Shown here in pieces: positions 61,850 through 64,000 of a stretch of DNA of 64,000 nucleotides. The stretch lies in the NCBI GenBank assembly GCA_041937175.2, contig CP166615.1, positions 1,728,001-1,792,000 of the forward strand, given 5' to 3'. This stretch comes from Limnothrix sp. BL-A-16. Lineage in GTDB: Bacteria > Cyanobacteriota > Cyanobacteriia > CACIAM-69d. The notes below the pieces were generated by a model. That model ran no database searches. It was not told the DNA's origin and worked only from the letters and a program-made list of their open reading frames with translations. The number at the start of each line of letters is the position of its first letter. The first letter of the stretch is position 1. The position numbers and the translations under genes are program-made.

Positions 61850-62608
61850 ATGGATCCGATCGCCCTACTGATTGGCCTAGGACTAGGCGGGGCGATCGGC
61901 TGGTGGGGGCATGCTGCTTGGCGATCGCCCAAACCCGATTTATCACCCTCCTTGGATCAGCTTCAGCATTACCTGTGGCAGTGGCACGATCGCCATGCCC
62001 AATCCTTAGATCTGTTACTCGATCGACAGGCAACCCTGGAACAGCAGTTGCAGCAGTTGCAAACCTTGGGCGATCGATTAGAGGCGATCGAGCAACAGCT
62101 CAACACCTTGCCCGCCGTCCCGATCGACCCCGAACCCGCACCCCTGGCCTCCGCAATTGGGTTTGATTACCTCCCCCTCAATGACCTGCTCGGCAATGGA
62201 CAATGGCCAGCCGCCGATACCGCCACCCGAGACTATTTGCTAGCGGCCTTGGGCAAATCGCCCCAGGCTCCCCTCACCCCCGACGATTTCCAAAACCTCC
62301 CGCTCACGGACTTAGCCACCATCGACCATCTTTGGACCTACTGGAGCGGTGGTCGATTTGGTTGGACAGCCCAGCAAGCCGCCTGGCAAGCAGTCCAAGG
62401 CGACTATGGGCAATTTTGCGATCGGGTGGGTTGGCGCAAAGGTGAATCCTGGTGCTACTCCGACGAACTTTCCTTCCGCAACGATGCGCCCATCGGCCAT
62501 TTACCCACCATTGTTTGGACAAAACGCGCCTGCTATGGACTAGGAGCCGTTCCCGTATCGAGCCTGTTAGCCGCCCTGCTCGATCGCCTGGCTCAGACCG
62601 ATGGCTGA
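61850..62608 (+). CDS. GUN4-domain protein with N-terminal TM and coiled coil
   Basis: WPAADTAT...DLATIDHLW...SGGRFG..AQ...DRVGWR...APIGHLP. Confidence 0.85.
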   Translation: MDPIALLIGLGLGGAIGWWGHAAWRSPKPDLSPSLDQLQHYLWQWHDRHAQSLDLLLDRQATLEQQLQQLQTLGDRLEAIEQQLNTLPAVPIDPEPAPLASAIGFDYLPLNDLLGNGQWPAADTATRDYLLAALGKSPQAPLTPDDFQNLPLTDLATIDHLWTYWSGGRFGWTAQQAAWQAVQGDYGQFCDRVGWRKGESWCYSDELSFRNDAPIGHLPTIVWTKRACYGLGAVPVSSLLAALLDRLAQTDG

Positions 62609-62759
62609 GGAGACTAGACACTTAGACAGCTAATGGCCTTGGTTGTAAACCCCTTCGTCAAAGCCCCCTAAAGATCCAGATTGATAGGTATAAAAACTTA
62701 TTCGCTTGAAAAATTGCATCTGTAACAATGACCCTTCTTTTCAATTGTTGAATCAAAAG

Positions 62760-62795
62760 CAGTGGCAATTCAAAGCCGCTTAAGAATTGCCACTG
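62760..62795. terminator. Perfect 12-bp hairpin, possible terminator
   Basis: CAGTGGCAATTC-N12-GAATTGCCACTG; no clear U tract. Confidence 0.4.
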
Positions 62796-63213
62796 GGTCT
62801 TGCAGTCTGTAACTATCAATGCTGCCTTGGTGGGGTGATAAAAATCACTAATTGAGTGATTGGTATCCGATTACCATCCCAACAGAGCCAAATTGTGCTT
62901 CATTTCGAGAAATAGAGCATAGCTATCAGCCGTCAAAGATTTTTCAATAGAAATATTGACCACAGAGTGATTTTTAAGCGATCACGAGGGATTCCTTTGG
63001 CGTAGATTAAAAAAGCTAAATTGCGTATCCCCGTTGCTCTTGAGCAATACAAAACTTAATGATTAGAAATCATGATTATTTGCTTAATAGACTGTGATAG
63101 CAAGCTGGCTTCAATCGTTCAATACACAAAGCCTGGAATGCTGAAGCATTTCATCTCTGTCATGTTGATCCCATGTCTAGCTTTTCAATCTTTATGGTCA
63201 GCACTGACTGCTT

Positions 63214-64000
63214 ATGACTGTGACAAACCTAATTCGATTTAACAATTTACGGGGCGATATATTTGGCGGTGTTACTGCCGCAATCGTTTCGTTGCCCTTA
63301 GCCCTGGCTTTCGGTGTGGCCTCGGGTATTGGCCCGATCGGAGGCCTCTATGGTGCTATCTGTGTAGGTTTTTTTGCAGCCCTCTTTGGCGGCACTCCAA
63401 CCCTAATTTCAGAACCAACGGGGCCGATGACGGTGGTCATGACCTCGGTTGTGGCAGGTCTAACGGCCCAAAACCCTGAAAATGGGTTAGCCATGGCCTT
63501 TACAGTGGTGATGTTGGCCGGTTTATTCCAAATTATTTTTGGAATTTTTAGACTCGGAAAATATGTCACCCTGATGCCCTACAGCGTCATTTCAGGCTTC
63601 ATGTCTGGGATTGGGGTAATCCTAATCATTTTGCAAATTCCCCCCTTCTTGGGCCAAGCCGCTCCGAAGGGTGGGGTGCTGGGAACGGTGTTGGCGATTC
63701 CTGAGCTATTGAGCAAAATAGCTCCCGCAGAGGCCATTCTAGGGGCCCTGACGCTGGCGATCATTTTCTTGATGCCCAAAAAGCTGAAGAAGCTTGTACC
63801 GCCGCAGTTGGTCGCGTTGGTCGTTGGCACGGTTATTTCATTGACGGTGTTCAAAGACGCGGAAATTCGCCGCATCATTGATGTGGGGCAAATTCCGATG
63901 GGCTTGCCGCAATTGCGCTTGCCAATGTTCACCCCAGATCAACTCACAACCATGTTGGTGGATGGTGTGATGTTGGGAATGCTGGGTTGCATTGACACAT
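63214..64000 (+). CDS. bicA: SulP-family bicarbonate transporter BicA, partial (runs off the window; not in the ORF track)
   Basis: MTVTNLIRFNNLRGDIFGGVTAAIVSLPLALAFGVASG...GGTPTLISEPTGPMTVV...PYSVISGFMSGIG. Confidence 0.88.
   Translation, partial: MTVTNLIRFNNLRGDIFGGVTAAIVSLPLALAFGVASGIGPIGGLYGAICVGFFAALFGGTPTLISEPTGPMTVVMTSVVAGLTAQNPENGLAMAFTVVMLAGLFQIIFGIFRLGKYVTLMPYSVISGFMSGIGVILIILQIPPFLGQAAPKGGVLGTVLAIPELLSKIAPAEAILGALTLAIIFLMPKKLKKLVPPQLVALVVGTVISLTVFKDAEIRRIIDVGQIPMGLPQLRLPMFTPDQLTTMLVDGVMLGMLGCIDT

Overview
Chromosomal window of a GC-rich cyanobacterium: HIP1 GCGATCGC is abundant, and psaD, petL, ftrC, sufR-sufBCDS, carB, trpE, aroB, murI, gcvH, tRNA-Asp, a probable 6S RNA and a partial bicA are present. 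Core genes are mixed with accessory modules. (1) A minus-strand island at ~5.0-11.9 kb holds a STAND-like P-loop ATPase split by an intact IS5-family element, a large TPR protein with a 102-bp tandem array that varies almost only in helix A, DUF4160/DUF2442 toxin-antitoxin-like genes (one DUF4160 reduced to a stub), an HTH gene and an orphan xisI. (2) MarR-EmrAB efflux and arsR-acr3-arsC loci. (3) A HAD phosphatase followed by a Mesh1-like (p)ppGpp hydrolase fused to a nucleoside 2-deoxyribosyltransferase-like domain. (4) A tandem pseudokinase/kinase-TPR pair. (5) Two adenylate/guanylate cyclases. Two MITE families (one sharing terminal repeats with the resident IS) and a dispersed, covarying REP-like hairpin occupy intergenic regions. 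Family assignments come from motif recognition by eye; no database searches were run.
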